This document shows positions 38,187 through 48,453 of a DNA stretch of 64,000 bases, in pieces. The stretch is from positions 92,587-156,586 of the forward strand of contig LFLA01000022.1 in assembly GCA_001542995.1 (NCBI GenBank). The letters are read 5' to 3'. Position 1 is the stretch's first letter, and every line of letters starts with the position of its first letter. Source of the DNA: Nitrospina sp. LS_NOB. GTDB lineage: Bacteria; Nitrospinota; Nitrospinia; Nitrospinales; VA-1. The notes beneath the pieces are model-generated. The model worked only from the letters and a program-made list of their open reading frames with translations, did not search any database and was not told the origin of the DNA. The position numbers and the translations under genes are program-made.

Positions 38187-40099
38187 TTAATACTTAAATT
38201 GGCCAACCAGGTTTTGCAGGTCCGCAGCCATTTGTTCCAGTTCCGTGGCCGCGCTCTGAGTCTGGCCAATCCCTTGCGAAGCACTGGCCGCCTGGGCCAC
38301 ACCATTAATATTCTCAGTGATTTCACTAGTGCCCTTTGCGGCCTCACCCACATTACGGCCAATCTCAGCAGTAGTGGCAGTCTGTTCCTCAACAGCACTG
38401 GCAATGGTATTGGAAATATCATTGATCTGATTGATGATCATACTGATTTCACCAATGGCCTCAACTGCGCCACCGGTATCCGCTTGTATGGCCTGGATTT
38501 TGATACTGATATCATCCGGTCGCTTTTGCAGTCTGATTAGCCAATTCCTTGACCTCGTTGGCCACAACCGCAAATCCTTTTCCCGCCTCACCGGCCCGGG
38601 CCGCCTCGATGGTTGCGTTCAGAGCCAACAAATTGGTTTGTTCGGCAATGGAAGTGACCACTTTGATGACCTGGCCGATTTCAGCACTGCTCTCCCCCAG
38701 TTTTCCGACAGTGACATTGGCCGTTTCCGCCACCTTCACAGCATTAGCGGCGACCCTTGCGGCTTCGTTGGCATTCTGGGCGATTTCATTGATGCTGGTT
38801 CCCATCTCTTCGGCTCCGGTGGCCACATCCGACTGATCTCCTGAGAAGCAGCCGAGACAACATTGGCCTGAGCCGAGGTCTCTTCCGCAGTTCCTGCCAT
38901 TTCCTGACTGACCGAGGTCAATTGCTCTGAAGAGCTTGCCAAATTTTTGGCAGTGGTAGCAATCAGAGAAATATTTTTTCTGAGGTTCTCCAGAAAGGTT
39001 TTAAGGCCCTGTCCCATTTGACCAATGGCATCGCGGTTCCATTCACAGAAATCTCCTGAGTGAGGTCTCCGTCCGCAGCAGACTTAACAACCTTAAGCAT
39101 GTTATCCACCTTATCTTGGAGTTCCTGGGCCACTTTTCTTTCTTTTTCCTGTCTTTCTTGAACTTCATGAGCTTCCTGCCGCTCTTTTTCCTGCAGTTCA
39201 ACAGCATGCTTTCTTTCTCTTTCTTCTGAGTTTTTCTTTTCTTCGGCCTGATGTAACATTCTTTCCAAGGAACTTTCAAACTCTCCCTTCAGGCCAAACT
39301 CGGACCGGCTATTTTTCCCAGCCAGAATATCTTCTGAATATTTGATGAAATTTTGCAGTCCTTCCACAAGGGTGTTGCAGGACTGGCTCAAGACCCCCAC
39401 CTCATCATTAGAGGTGACGGGGAGTCTCTCCTGCCTCAAGTCCCCGTTTGCAGTATGGCTTAGCACTGCTGATGTCTGCTGAATAGGCCTGATAACCACT
39501 CGGGTTAAAAACAAAGCAATTCCGATCTGAATGATCAATGCCAGGATGCCAGACCCGGTATTGGCCCAATTCAATTTTGCCTGGTTAGAAAGATAGATAT
39601 TATTTTTATAATACTGAACCAACTCATTACTTAGGGTTCTAAGATTATTGGATTCTGAATTAATATTTTCCTGAACTTTTCTGTAGGGCTCAGAGTTTAT
39701 TTCTTTATTGACCAGGTCTTGCACCAACTTTACAAAATTCTTCAATTCAACTTCAAGATGCAAGATGGTTTTCTGGATTTCACTATCATCAATAGCTTTC
39801 ATGCTTGCCAGTTTCGTCATTTTCAAATCAGCAGGATATTGTCCTCCAACCTTTGCGGCTTGCAAAGTCTGTGTAAAAATATTTTTTGCAGTTTCATACT
39901 CGTTTGACGAAACATTCAACAACCCAGCCTTTCCCATGGCTTGGGTCAACATACTCTGCCGCCCTAAGGCGTCCATAATGGCGGAATCTTCTGCTATCTT
40001 TGTGGAATAATGATCTATAACTGCTCCGGCAATCACCACGAGAAGGGACAATAGCGCAATGGCACCGTATACTTTTTGTTGGATAGATAAGGTTTTCAT
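38187..40099 (-). pseudogene. methyl-accepting chemotaxis protein interrupted by three single-base frame breaks
   Basis: Four overlapping - strand ORFs (38963-40099, 38736-39017, 38512-38826, 38187-38591) together spell sensor + HAMP + signalling domain (...[37 protein letters not shown]...). The breaks lie near 39040, 38828 and 38518. Confidence 0.8.
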
Positions 40100-40457
40100 C
40101 TAAGGAACTCCGTGGTAATCAATTGGAATTTTTTTCTAGTTGAGAAAAGGTTAAAAATATTTCCCTAAATTTCCAATAATTTGCTCCGCAAATTTTATAG
40201 ATTGAATCTTCTACCACTTAAACTATAAATCTATCAATAGTTCTTGCCTAAATAATTTGTCACAATCAGGTAAAAACAATATGTTTATGGAATTAGTTCC
40301 CCTAAACCTAAATTTTTGACAAAAAAATTATGGATAACGGAAATAATTGCAAGCAGTTGCTTTTACCTTACGATTTCTGGATAATAATTTTTCAAGGGCT
40401 TATTAGAGAAAACGATTCTGCTTTTTCGAAAAGAATCAAAAAAGGACGAGGTTTATT

Positions 40458-40994
40458 GTGGTGAGAAAATTCTGGAAAATCTTTGGATGGGTATTTTTGG
40501 GCATCTTTTTGCAATTCAAGTTTAACGCCTTATATGGAATCGTATTTCTTGAGAACCTTAATTTTCATGACCGGACCTATTGGGTCGAAATGAATATGAT
40601 TCCGACAGAGGAGAACCTGCGAATTTTAAAGGTCAAGACCACGGTCCATCATTCCCTCGGTCCAGACTATTTCGCCAATGTGTATATTCCTGAGCACTAC
40701 AAAGTATTGAACGAAACCCCTTATGCCGGGGCGGAGACCCTTCCGGGTTATCAGGCCTATAAAATGAATATGAAACGCAAGTATCGCGATGTTTTAGGGG
40801 AAAAATATTTTATAATTATGCCCCTGAAATTGGATGAGGACGTTCCAGCGAAGCCGATAAAAGTTCATTTTGAAAATTTAAAACAACGCCTACATTCAGA
40901 TGAGACTTACCAAATCTCTACCCTAAAACTTAAAACTCTGCTGGAAGGACCTGAAGTGGCAGAAGCCACCTATCCCCAGAAACTGGGAATGTAG
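40458..40994 (+). CDS. hypothetical protein with N-terminal TM segment
   Basis: ORF with a hydrophobic N-terminus ([16 protein letters not shown]). No recognisable motif. Confidence 0.4.
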   Translation: MVRKFWKIFGWVFLGIFLQFKFNALYGIVFLENLNFHDRTYWVEMNMIPTEENLRILKVKTTVHHSLGPDYFANVYIPEHYKVLNETPYAGAETLPGYQAYKMNMKRKYRDVLGEKYFIIMPLKLDEDVPAKPIKVHFENLKQRLHSDETYQISTLKLKTLLEGPEVAEATYPQKLGM

Positions 40995-41005
40995 AAAATC
41001 CGCCC

Positions 41006-41872
41006 ATGGCCCGCCGAACTAAAGAGTTTAAAGACTATTACTCCATCCTGAAAGTTTCCCAGAATGCCAGTCAGGAAGAAATAAAAAAATCATTTCGCCA
41101 ATTGGCTCTTGAGCTTCACCCGGACCACAACCCCAATGATCCGGAAAGTGAAGAACGGTTCAAGGAAATCACGGAATCCTATGGAGTGTTGAGCGATCCA
41201 TTAAAGAAGAAGGAATACGACCGGTTTCGGGCCGATCATTTTGCCGGACGCACCACCAGCTCTTCTGGCTTTCGCTATTCCCAGGAAGACATTTTTGCCA
41301 GCATGTTCCGCGGCGAAAATGCCCGTGAAATTTTTGAAGAACTCAATCGCGAGTTCAGCCGCTCGGGATTTCGTTCCGGCAATCCGTTTTTCCAGTCCCT
41401 GTTCTTCGGCGGTGCCGTAGGTGGTCTCGGGAGAATCCTCCGAATGGTACCGGGTCCGATTGGAAAAATCGGCCTGGGATTAAAGCTGGCTCAAGTTGTC
41501 GGCTCATCCTTGTACGCGCTACACAAAATGAGACAACAGAATCAACCGGGGCAGACGGTTCCTCCAAAACATGAAAACCCTTTGATGAACGGGATAAAGG
41601 GCATATTCGGAAAAAAAGAATCCGACAAAAATCCACTGGACATGGACTTTTATATTTCCATCCCACCTGTCGAGGCTCTAAACGGCACCCGTAAAAAAAT
41701 TTCCTATCAGGTCAGCGGTAAAACCGAAGAGCTGATGGTGCGCATCCCACCCAACTTTCCCTCAGGCGGAAAGCTGCGCATCAGGGATAAAGGAAAAGTC
41801 CACGACGGAAAACGGGGCGACCTGATCCTTTCCATCCATGTTGACCCGAAAGCAAGTCCCACGAAACAATGA
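41006..41872 (+). CDS. J-domain protein (DnaJ/CbpA-like, no zinc finger)
   Basis: DYYSILKV...HPDHNPND...[16 protein letters not shown]-domain with HPD. C-terminal DnaJ-type beta segment (GDLILSIHV). Confidence 0.8.
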   Translation: MARRTKEFKDYYSILKVSQNASQEEIKKSFRQLALELHPDHNPNDPESEERFKEITESYGVLSDPLKKKEYDRFRADHFAGRTTSSSGFRYSQEDIFASMFRGENAREIFEELNREFSRSGFRSGNPFFQSLFFGGAVGGLGRILRMVPGPIGKIGLGLKLAQVVGSSLYALHKMRQQNQPGQTVPPKHENPLMNGIKGIFGKKESDKNPLDMDFYISIPPVEALNGTRKKISYQVSGKTEELMVRIPPNFPSGGKLRIRDKGKVHDGKRGDLILSIHVDPKASPTKQ

Positions 41873-42564
41873 ACAAACCACAAATCCTCGATTTCTGGAT
41901 CGGATTTTTTAAAGATCTCCTGATTGGCACTTTCAAGAACCTTTTTTTATTCGGCATTTTTGGCTTTTCACTCGGCGCTCTTGCAACCTATGGCTTTGAC
42001 CTGAAGGTGCTCGACACCGCTGAATGGAACGTTTGGCTGGAAGGAATAATTCTAACTTTAGTGGGGATAGGTTATCTCGGTCTCGGTTTGATGCACGGCT
42101 GGATATCCTGCAGTCTCCACCTCCTCAGCAAAAAAATGCGTGAGGCGCTGACCGGACTCCAGGAACTACTGGACTGGCTAACGCGTGAGGTGATTGGACG
42201 TTTTCCAAAATTCCAGAAGAACATCCCCAAACATGAACTGGCAGAAAAGTACGACCAGATCGGAAATGACTTACGCCAGAAGCTGAAACAACGGGGAGGC
42301 ATAACAGGGTTTTCTTCCAGCATCCTGTTTGGAGTCATACTCAAGGCGTTACGCTTTTTTTTCCTGGATGAGGTGGTAGAAGAACTTCAAAAAAAAGATA
42401 AGGAAGAGATCACCTCCGCCGATATCGAACACGCGGTGCGCAGAGTCGGAACGGAAGTCATGATAGCCCCTATCACCGACAGCCTTTTCCTGTTGCAGAT
42501 CGTTAATATTATTATCGGTTTGTTCTTATTCGCCCTGCCCTTCAGCTTGCTCTGGCTGATTTAA
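41869..42564 (+). CDS. hypothetical membrane protein
   Basis: Several TM segments. 4-nt overlap with the J-domain gene. Confidence 0.45.
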   Translation: MNKPQILDFWIGFFKDLLIGTFKNLFLFGIFGFSLGALATYGFDLKVLDTAEWNVWLEGIILTLVGIGYLGLGLMHGWISCSLHLLSKKMREALTGLQELLDWLTREVIGRFPKFQKNIPKHELAEKYDQIGNDLRQKLKQRGGITGFSSSILFGVILKALRFFFLDEVVEELQKKDKEEITSADIEHAVRRVGTEVMIAPITDSLFLLQIVNIIIGLFLFALPFSLLWLI

Positions 42565-42652
42565 GCGGAGTACCTCCGCTGGTAATGGGCAAAATCTTAT
42601 TGAACCGAGATAAATTTTGCTCGCAGACGTGATGCCCCCCCCCGCAGGGGTA
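42564..42652 (+). other. conserved hairpin-flanked element, copy A (candidate cis-regulatory RNA or intergenic repeat)
   Basis: AGCGGAG-TAC-CTCCGCT hairpin, an 18-nt block GGTAATGGGCAAAATCTT identical to 59194-59211, shared CCGAGA..TTTTGCT.GC.GA.GTGA, and a closing CCCC-GCA-GGGG hairpin. Confidence 0.5.
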
Positions 42653-42805
42653 GATAGTTGTTACACGCTGGCCCCATGCCGAGTGGGGCCATTGGTTTGA
42701 ATAAAATGTTTCGTTCTCCATAAAAATCAAATCTATTGCAGGCGGTCTGTATCTAAATACTTTATACTAAAATCTTTATCCATTAGAGACCCACATAAAT
42801 TGACT

Positions 42806-43669
42806 ATGAGTCGTTTTTTCACAATAGGAATCTTTATCGTTGGCCTGATCCATTTATTATCTTCCCCTGATAAATGCTGGGCCAAGCCGATCCCGGTTTT
42901 TGTGAGCATCGTGCCGCAAAAATATTTTGTCGAGCGAATTGGCGGTGACCATGTGAAGGTGGAAGTCATGGTGAAACCAGGTGAGAGTCCGGCGACTTTT
43001 AATCCCAACCCAAAAAAAATGAGTCTGCTCTCCCAGGCAAAACTGTATTTCAGCATCGGTGTGCCTTTTGAAACGATCTGGATTAATAGGATTCAATCGA
43101 TCCACCCGAACATGCAGCTCGTTCCTTTGCACACTACCCATAAAAACTCAGAGACCGGGCATGACTCACATCATTCTCATAGCTCTCGCGACCCACATAT
43201 CTGGACCAGTCCCGCAAGAGTCAAGGTCATGGCACAAAAAATCAAGGACACCCTTTCTCGCATCCAACCAGGGCAGGAAAAATATTTCGCAGCGAATCTT
43301 CAAGTATTCTCCAACGATCTGGACGCTTTGGACAGGGATATTCGCGCTATCCTCTCCAGAAACGAGAATCGCCGCTTCATGGTTTTTCATCCGGCCTGGT
43401 CCTATTTTGCCAAGGACTATGGTCTGGAACAGGTTTCTATTGAAGAAGAAGGCAAAGAACCTGGACCCCGAATGTTGCAAAAAATAATTCAAAAGGGCAA
43501 AAGGCTTGGGATTAAGGTAATATTTGTGCAGAAACAATTCAGTCTTTCTATCGCCGAGAACATCGCCAAAATGATTGGCGCCACCGTCCGTGAAATAGAC
43601 CCTCTGGCAGAAGACTATCTGGAAAACATGCGGCGAACGGCTAAAGCCATTTCTGGAGCATTGCAGTGA
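42806..43669 (+). CDS. znuA: zinc ABC transporter substrate-binding protein
   Basis: Signal peptide. His/Asp-rich loop HKNSETGHDSHHSHSSRDPHIW is typical of ZnuA. Cluster 9 SBP layout. Confidence 0.8.
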   Translation: MSRFFTIGIFIVGLIHLLSSPDKCWAKPIPVFVSIVPQKYFVERIGGDHVKVEVMVKPGESPATFNPNPKKMSLLSQAKLYFSIGVPFETIWINRIQSIHPNMQLVPLHTTHKNSETGHDSHHSHSSRDPHIWTSPARVKVMAQKIKDTLSRIQPGQEKYFAANLQVFSNDLDALDRDIRAILSRNENRRFMVFHPAWSYFAKDYGLEQVSIEEEGKEPGPRMLQKIIQKGKRLGIKVIFVQKQFSLSIAENIAKMIGATVREIDPLAEDYLENMRRTAKAISGALQ

Positions 43670-44412
43670 GTACCGACTCAGTCATCAAAATAAAAAATCT
43701 CGACTTCAGCTATGGCGGTCCAAAAATACTTGAAAATATCGAGATAGATATCCAGCGCAACGAGTTCATCGGAATGGTTGGCCCGAACGGAAGCGGCAAA
43801 ACCACCCTGCTGAAAATTATCATGGGTGTTTTGACTCCCGACAAGGGCTCCGTCAAGGTTCTCGGTAATCCCCCTTCCCAATCGGTTAAAGAAATCGGCT
43901 ACATGCCGCAGTTCGCTCCATTTTCCCGAGATTTTCCGATCAGTGTGGAAGAAACCGTATTGATGGGGCGCCTGGGGAAAACTTCCAGTATTGGTTTTTT
44001 TAATAAGGCCGACAAACGTGCCGCCGAAAAATCCATGAACGATGTCGAAATTCTGGACCTTCGTAAAAGAGTCATCGGCTCTCTCTCCGGAGGGCAACTG
44101 CAAAGGGTTCTGATCGCCCGAGCCCTCACCTGCGAACCACAAATCATGATTCTCGACGAACCCACTGCCAATGTCGATATGAAAGTTGAAAAAGATATCT
44201 TCGATCTACTCAAGCAGTTGAATGAGAAAATCACCATCATCGTGGTGACCCACGACATCGGTTTCATTTCGCAATACATTCACCGGGTCGCCTGCATCAA
44301 CCGCACCCTCATCTGCCACCCCACTTCAGAGCTGACTGGAGAAACGATTGAAAATATGTATGGCTCCCATATGCATATGGTGCACCACCATCACGAGGAT
44401 GAAAAAAAATAA
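43666..44412 (+). CDS. znuC: zinc ABC transporter ATPase with His-rich C-terminus
   Basis: GPNGSGKTT, LSGGQLQR and ILDEPT motifs. Tail is HMHMVHHHHEDEKK. Confidence 0.85.
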   Translation: MSTDSVIKIKNLDFSYGGPKILENIEIDIQRNEFIGMVGPNGSGKTTLLKIIMGVLTPDKGSVKVLGNPPSQSVKEIGYMPQFAPFSRDFPISVEETVLMGRLGKTSSIGFFNKADKRAAEKSMNDVEILDLRKRVIGSLSGGQLQRVLIARALTCEPQIMILDEPTANVDMKVEKDIFDLLKQLNEKITIIVVTHDIGFISQYIHRVACINRTLICHPTSELTGETIENMYGSHMHMVHHHHEDEKK

Positions 44413-44414
44413 TC

Positions 44415-45236
44415 ATGAGTAGTTTTATCGATGCAGTTTCATCCCAGGCATTTATGCAGAATGCCATTATTGGTGGCATTCTCGCCAGTGTGGCCTGTGG
44501 AGTGGTGGGCTCTTATGTCGTGGTGAAACGCATCGGTTATCTGGCAGGCGGCATCGCTCATTCGGTGCTTGGCGGAATGGGTATTGCCTATTACCTGGGC
44601 CGACCTCCTATCGAAGGCGCTTTGGTCGCGGCCCTGGTTTTTGCTGTTGTTCTCGGCTGGGTGAGCCTAAAAATGCAAGAACAGGAAGATACCGTCATCG
44701 GTGCGCTGTGGGCAGGAGGCATGGCGGTCGGAATATTGTTCATCTCGCAAACACCCGGATACAACGTCGACCTCATGAGTTTTCTGTTTGGCAATATATT
44801 GATGATCTCATCCGATGACCTGCTCTGGATCGCCGCATTGGATACCCTGATTCTGGTCATCGTTTTTCTATTCTATAAACAATTTCTCGCATTATCGTTT
44901 GATGAAGAGTTTGCCCGCCTGCGTGGCATTCCCGTTGAGAGATTTTATTTGCTCTTTCTTTCTCTCGTTGCGCTGACCGTCGTCATTTTGATTCAAATTG
45001 TCGGACTGATTCTGGTGATCGCATTGTTGACGCTTCCGGCGGCGGTCTCCGGTCATTATGTCCGTTCACTAAACCTGATGATGCTGTTGGCCACTGTTCT
45101 TGGAGTCTTTTTCACCACCGGAGGACTGGCATTGTCTTATCAACCCGACCTGCCACCGGGCCCCACCATCATTCTGCTAGCTGGGGCCTTCTATCTGGTG
45201 TCTTTGGTCATCACCCGATTCTGGAAAAGGGCCTGA
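44415..45236 (+). CDS. znuB: zinc ABC transporter permease
   Basis: ABC-3 family polytopic membrane protein directly after znuC. Confidence 0.8.
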   Translation: MSSFIDAVSSQAFMQNAIIGGILASVACGVVGSYVVVKRIGYLAGGIAHSVLGGMGIAYYLGRPPIEGALVAALVFAVVLGWVSLKMQEQEDTVIGALWAGGMAVGILFISQTPGYNVDLMSFLFGNILMISSDDLLWIAALDTLILVIVFLFYKQFLALSFDEEFARLRGIPVERFYLLFLSLVALTVVILIQIVGLILVIALLTLPAAVSGHYVRSLNLMMLLATVLGVFFTTGGLALSYQPDLPPGPTIILLAGAFYLVSLVITRFWKRA

Positions 45237-45237
45237 G

Positions 45238-45855
45238 ATGAGTGATGCTTGTTCCGAGTTAGAAAGGGACCTCACTTCGCAACACGGCCCCAAGCGCAAG
45301 GTTCTCCGGATCGTTCTTGTTCTCAACCTCATCATGTTTTTTGTCGAAGGGATTTCCGGATGGCTGGCACAATCCAACGCCTTGATGGCCGATGCCCTCG
45401 ATATGCTAGGCGATGCCGCGATTTACGGATTTTCCCTTTTCGTCATTCAACTCGCCCCCATTTGGAGAACCCGAGCCGGAATTCTCAAGGCTGTCATCAT
45501 GAGTCTTTTTGCGCTTGGCGTATTAGGCTCTGCTATTTATCGAGTTTATCATCATGCAGTTCCAGATGCCTCGGTGATGGGCATTGTCGGCGGGCTGGCG
45601 CTACTCACAAACCTGTTCTGCGCTTATTTGCTCCTTCGCTTCAGAGATGACGATATCAATATGCGTTCGGCCTGGTTATGTTCGCGTAACGATGTGCTGG
45701 CTAATCTGGGGGTTTTACTGGCCGCCGGAGGGGTGGCCTGGACAGGTTCCCACTGGCCCGATCTGGCTGTTGGGGTGATCATCTCTGGACTGATCCTGCA
45801 ATCCTCTTTCGGCATTTTTAAAGATGCCCGACAAGAAATGAAAGAACAGCACTAG
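45238..45855 (+). CDS. short cation diffusion facilitator (CDF) family transporter without the cytoplasmic C-terminal domain
   Basis: TM2-type motif MADALDMLGDA and TM5-type region. At 205 aa it has the membrane domain only. Confidence 0.6.
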   Translation: MSDACSELERDLTSQHGPKRKVLRIVLVLNLIMFFVEGISGWLAQSNALMADALDMLGDAAIYGFSLFVIQLAPIWRTRAGILKAVIMSLFALGVLGSAIYRVYHHAVPDASVMGIVGGLALLTNLFCAYLLLRFRDDDINMRSAWLCSRNDVLANLGVLLAAGGVAWTGSHWPDLAVGVIISGLILQSSFGIFKDARQEMKEQH

Positions 45856-45972
45856 TGTGCGGCCAGCGTGACGCTGGACTCAATAGCAATAACTTTTTTT
45901 CCACCTGCAAGCGTTTAACGGCTTTACAAGGTATGGCAAATGCCTCTTCACCTGCCCCACCAAGGGATGGGG

Positions 45973-47748
45973 TTACGCTGGAGCGCCTAATCGTTCTGTC
46001 AGGGAATGGTGCTGGTGGTGAGCGAGATAAAGCAGGCCGTCGGACAAGGAATAATTGTGTGGAAAGGTCATCACCTCTCGTCCCAGCTTTTCGATCAACT
46101 GCTGGTACAACTCATTAGTCTCCTCAGGAGTCATACCTATCGTCGACTCAAAAGAATAACCCAGGCTCAAATCATGTTCGGGCGGTGTGTATAGTTTGGT
46201 GATGCCCCATTCTTCCGGAGCTTTTTCAATCGGCGCGCCACGCTCCAGATCGAACTGGGAAAGGATGGCGGAAAAACCGGGAGAGTCCAGCAGGCGCTGG
46301 TTATTGAGGATAAAGTTGATCGAATCCATCACCTCTTCACGGGTTTCGGTCGGGAATCCGCAAATCAGGTAAAAGTGCATGGCGATTCCTAATTGCATGC
46401 ATCGTTCTGCGGTTTCATCCACCCAACTCAGTTCAACACCTTTCTTCATGGAATCCAAAACCCGCTGATTGTAAGATTCCAACCCAAAAATAAGTTTGCG
46501 GCAACCGGATTTATATAACAGATCCATACGGTCGTCTTTGAGCAAGCTCTTCTCGAACTTCAGTTCGCCCGTCCACTGGACATCCACCTTCTGCTCGATA
46601 ATTTTGGCGGCAAAGGTTCGGAGAAAATTGATCGGCAAAGCTTCATCGGTGAAGAAAAAATGATTGCAGTCATATTTTTCCTGCAAAGTTTTAAAATCGT
46701 TGACCACGTTCTCGGCGTACCGCACATGGAAAGTCATGTGATCGAAAGGAATCGAACAGAAGGCGCACTGTTCCCAGTAACACCCGCGGGAGCCCATCAC
46801 CGGCAATACCAAATCAGGAGAAAGATAAAGGTCCAACGGCAGGCCGTCAAAATCCGGGGTCGGCAAGGCATTCAACTCTTCCTTGGCGAAGGGCCGGTTC
46901 ACTTTCACCTGGCCGTCCTGCTTGTATATCAGGTTGGGAACTTTACTGAGATCGCCGTCACCGCGCAGGTGTTCGACCAGTCTGAGGAGCGGTGTCTCGC
47001 CTTCATGCACAATAAAGCTGTCAACAAAATCAAAAAGGTGCGAACCGTCCTTTTCCAAACGATCCACCAATTTGGTAAACACGCTTCCGCCAATGGTGAT
47101 ATGGATTTCGGGCCGGTTCTGTTTGACCAGATAAGCCAGGGTCAGGCCAGAAATGATTTGTTCCACCGAGGTGATAGAGATTCCGAGAATGTCGATGTCT
47201 TCTTCCAGAATTCCCGGCAGATACCATTGCTTGTAGAGGTCGTAGAAGAAATTTTCTTCCGGGTGATTGAAAGAGTCGATCACCTCTTTAGATGAATACG
47301 GGGAAAACCGCATCTGACTGCCAATGACAGTCAACTGCGACGGATAATAGGGTGCCAGAATATTGTCCAGCCAGACATCCATGATCTTGAGATTTTCCAT
47401 ATACTGGTCGATCTCATAGAACTCCTGACTGCGTTGCGAGGACACGGCAGAGTCGATCTGGTCTTTCAAGGCCATGACGATCTCTTCCGCTTCGCGGAGC
47501 TTGTTGAATTTCTCTGCTTCCTCCTGCGTCAGCCGGGGCTTAGCACTCAGTTCATTCAACTCGCGGATGATGCGCTCGTAAAGCGGTTTGGTTTTCTCCC
47601 AAGTACATAGGTCATTGAGCAACTCAATTGCCAGATCGCGCTGGACGACATCGTGCACCCCATGCATATTGAGAAACGCCTTCAAGCTGGGCAAACTCAG
47701 ATAGGGTTGTGATGGATGCCAGGATGTTGGGAAAACCAGATATATCAT
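45973..47748 (-). CDS. B12-binding-domain radical SAM protein
   Basis: N-terminal Rossmann-like B12-binding region (DILGISITSV...ITIGGSVF). The cluster motif is read as GCYWEQCAFC. Length is 591 aa. Confidence 0.75.
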   Translation of the reverse strand: MIYLVFPTSWHPSQPYLSLPSLKAFLNMHGVHDVVQRDLAIELLNDLCTWEKTKPLYERIIRELNELSAKPRLTQEEAEKFNKLREAEEIVMALKDQIDSAVSSQRSQEFYEIDQYMENLKIMDVWLDNILAPYYPSQLTVIGSQMRFSPYSSKEVIDSFNHPEENFFYDLYKQWYLPGILEEDIDILGISITSVEQIISGLTLAYLVKQNRPEIHITIGGSVFTKLVDRLEKDGSHLFDFVDSFIVHEGETPLLRLVEHLRGDGDLSKVPNLIYKQDGQVKVNRPFAKEELNALPTPDFDGLPLDLYLSPDLVLPVMGSRGCYWEQCAFCSIPFDHMTFHVRYAENVVNDFKTLQEKYDCNHFFFTDEALPINFLRTFAAKIIEQKVDVQWTGELKFEKSLLKDDRMDLLYKSGCRKLIFGLESYNQRVLDSMKKGVELSWVDETAERCMQLGIAMHFYLICGFPTETREEVMDSINFILNNQRLLDSPGFSAILSQFDLERGAPIEKAPEEWGITKLYTPPEHDLSLGYSFESTIGMTPEETNELYQQLIEKLGREVMTFPHNYSLSDGLLYLAHHQHHSLTERLGAPA

Positions 47749-47820
47749 TTCAATATTTGTCTTATAATTTGTAAATTACCCCAGCCCCTCATTAAAAAAA
47801 GGGGTTTATCGGCCCAACGC

Positions 47821-48147
47821 CTAGTTGGGTTTGGGAGCCATAAAAACCAGCATGACTAGTTTATCATCAGTGTGGTTCACTACTCCGTGATCCTCACCCG
47901 ATGGAGCCAGGGTAATTTCGTGTTGCGAAAGCACTTTTTCTTCCGCCCCCACGGTCACCTTGGCCTGACCTTCGAGCACATAATAAACCTTGTCGGACCC
48001 CTCATGGGAGTGGACTTTCTGGAACTGACCGGGCTCAAGACAGTATACATCACAAAAGAAATTATCCGTGTCAAACAGGCTGACTTTTTTCATCTTTTCG
48101 GGATTGAACTCAAACACATCCCAGACATTCACCACTTTCATTCCCAT
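47821..48147 (-). CDS. cupin domain protein
   Basis: The HSHEGSDKVYYVLEG ... GEDHGV pattern matches the two cupin motifs. Confidence 0.7.
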   Translation of the reverse strand: MGMKVVNVWDVFEFNPEKMKKVSLFDTDNFFCDVYCLEPGQFQKVHSHEGSDKVYYVLEGQAKVTVGAEEKVLSQHEITLAPSGEDHGVVNHTDDKLVMLVFMAPKPN

Positions 48148-48346
48148 ATCTTAAATTTCCGTTAAATAGATTTTTGGCCTGTCACCGGCCGGTTTGTTTC
48201 TGTCCGCTATCCGCAACTTGCCAGAGGCCATCTATCGCTGGCAGACAAAAAACTCTCAAATTTTCATGAAGTTAGAGATGATATCATAGAAGGCGAATCA
48301 GGCCAAAAAAAAACAGGTCCCGCAGGTTTTATACAACCCTATTTTA

Positions 48347-48375
48347 TTGACATCCCCTCCACGATCCACTATTTT
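48347..48375 (+). promoter_or_regulatory. candidate promoter for tRNA-Pro
   Basis: TTGACA (48347-48352), 17-nt spacer, TATTTT (48370-48375), about 80 nt upstream of the tRNA. Confidence 0.35.
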
Positions 48376-48453
48376 GAAAAGCATTCTATAGTCGGAGATG
48401 CAGACTGATGGCAATCAACGCATCCCGGCACACATTCCAAGATAATTCGAATT

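Noticed and set aside
42652-42730. Possible short leader peptide (TTG at ~42657, about 20 codons) and track ORF 42542-42730 (-) between element copy A and znuA
   Set aside because: There is no ATG start and no RBS, and copy B has no counterpart. The GGCCCCA...TGGGGCC hairpin explains the local structure better.
42690-42805. Search for a Zur-type palindromic operator upstream of znuA
   Set aside because: I found no convincing inverted repeat of the known Zur box types by eye. This is left open rather than reported.
45249-45650. 133-aa alternative-frame ORF overlapping the CDF transporter gene
   Set aside because: The translation is Arg/Ser/Cys-rich with no TM or domain signature, whereas the annotated frame shows CDF membrane motifs.
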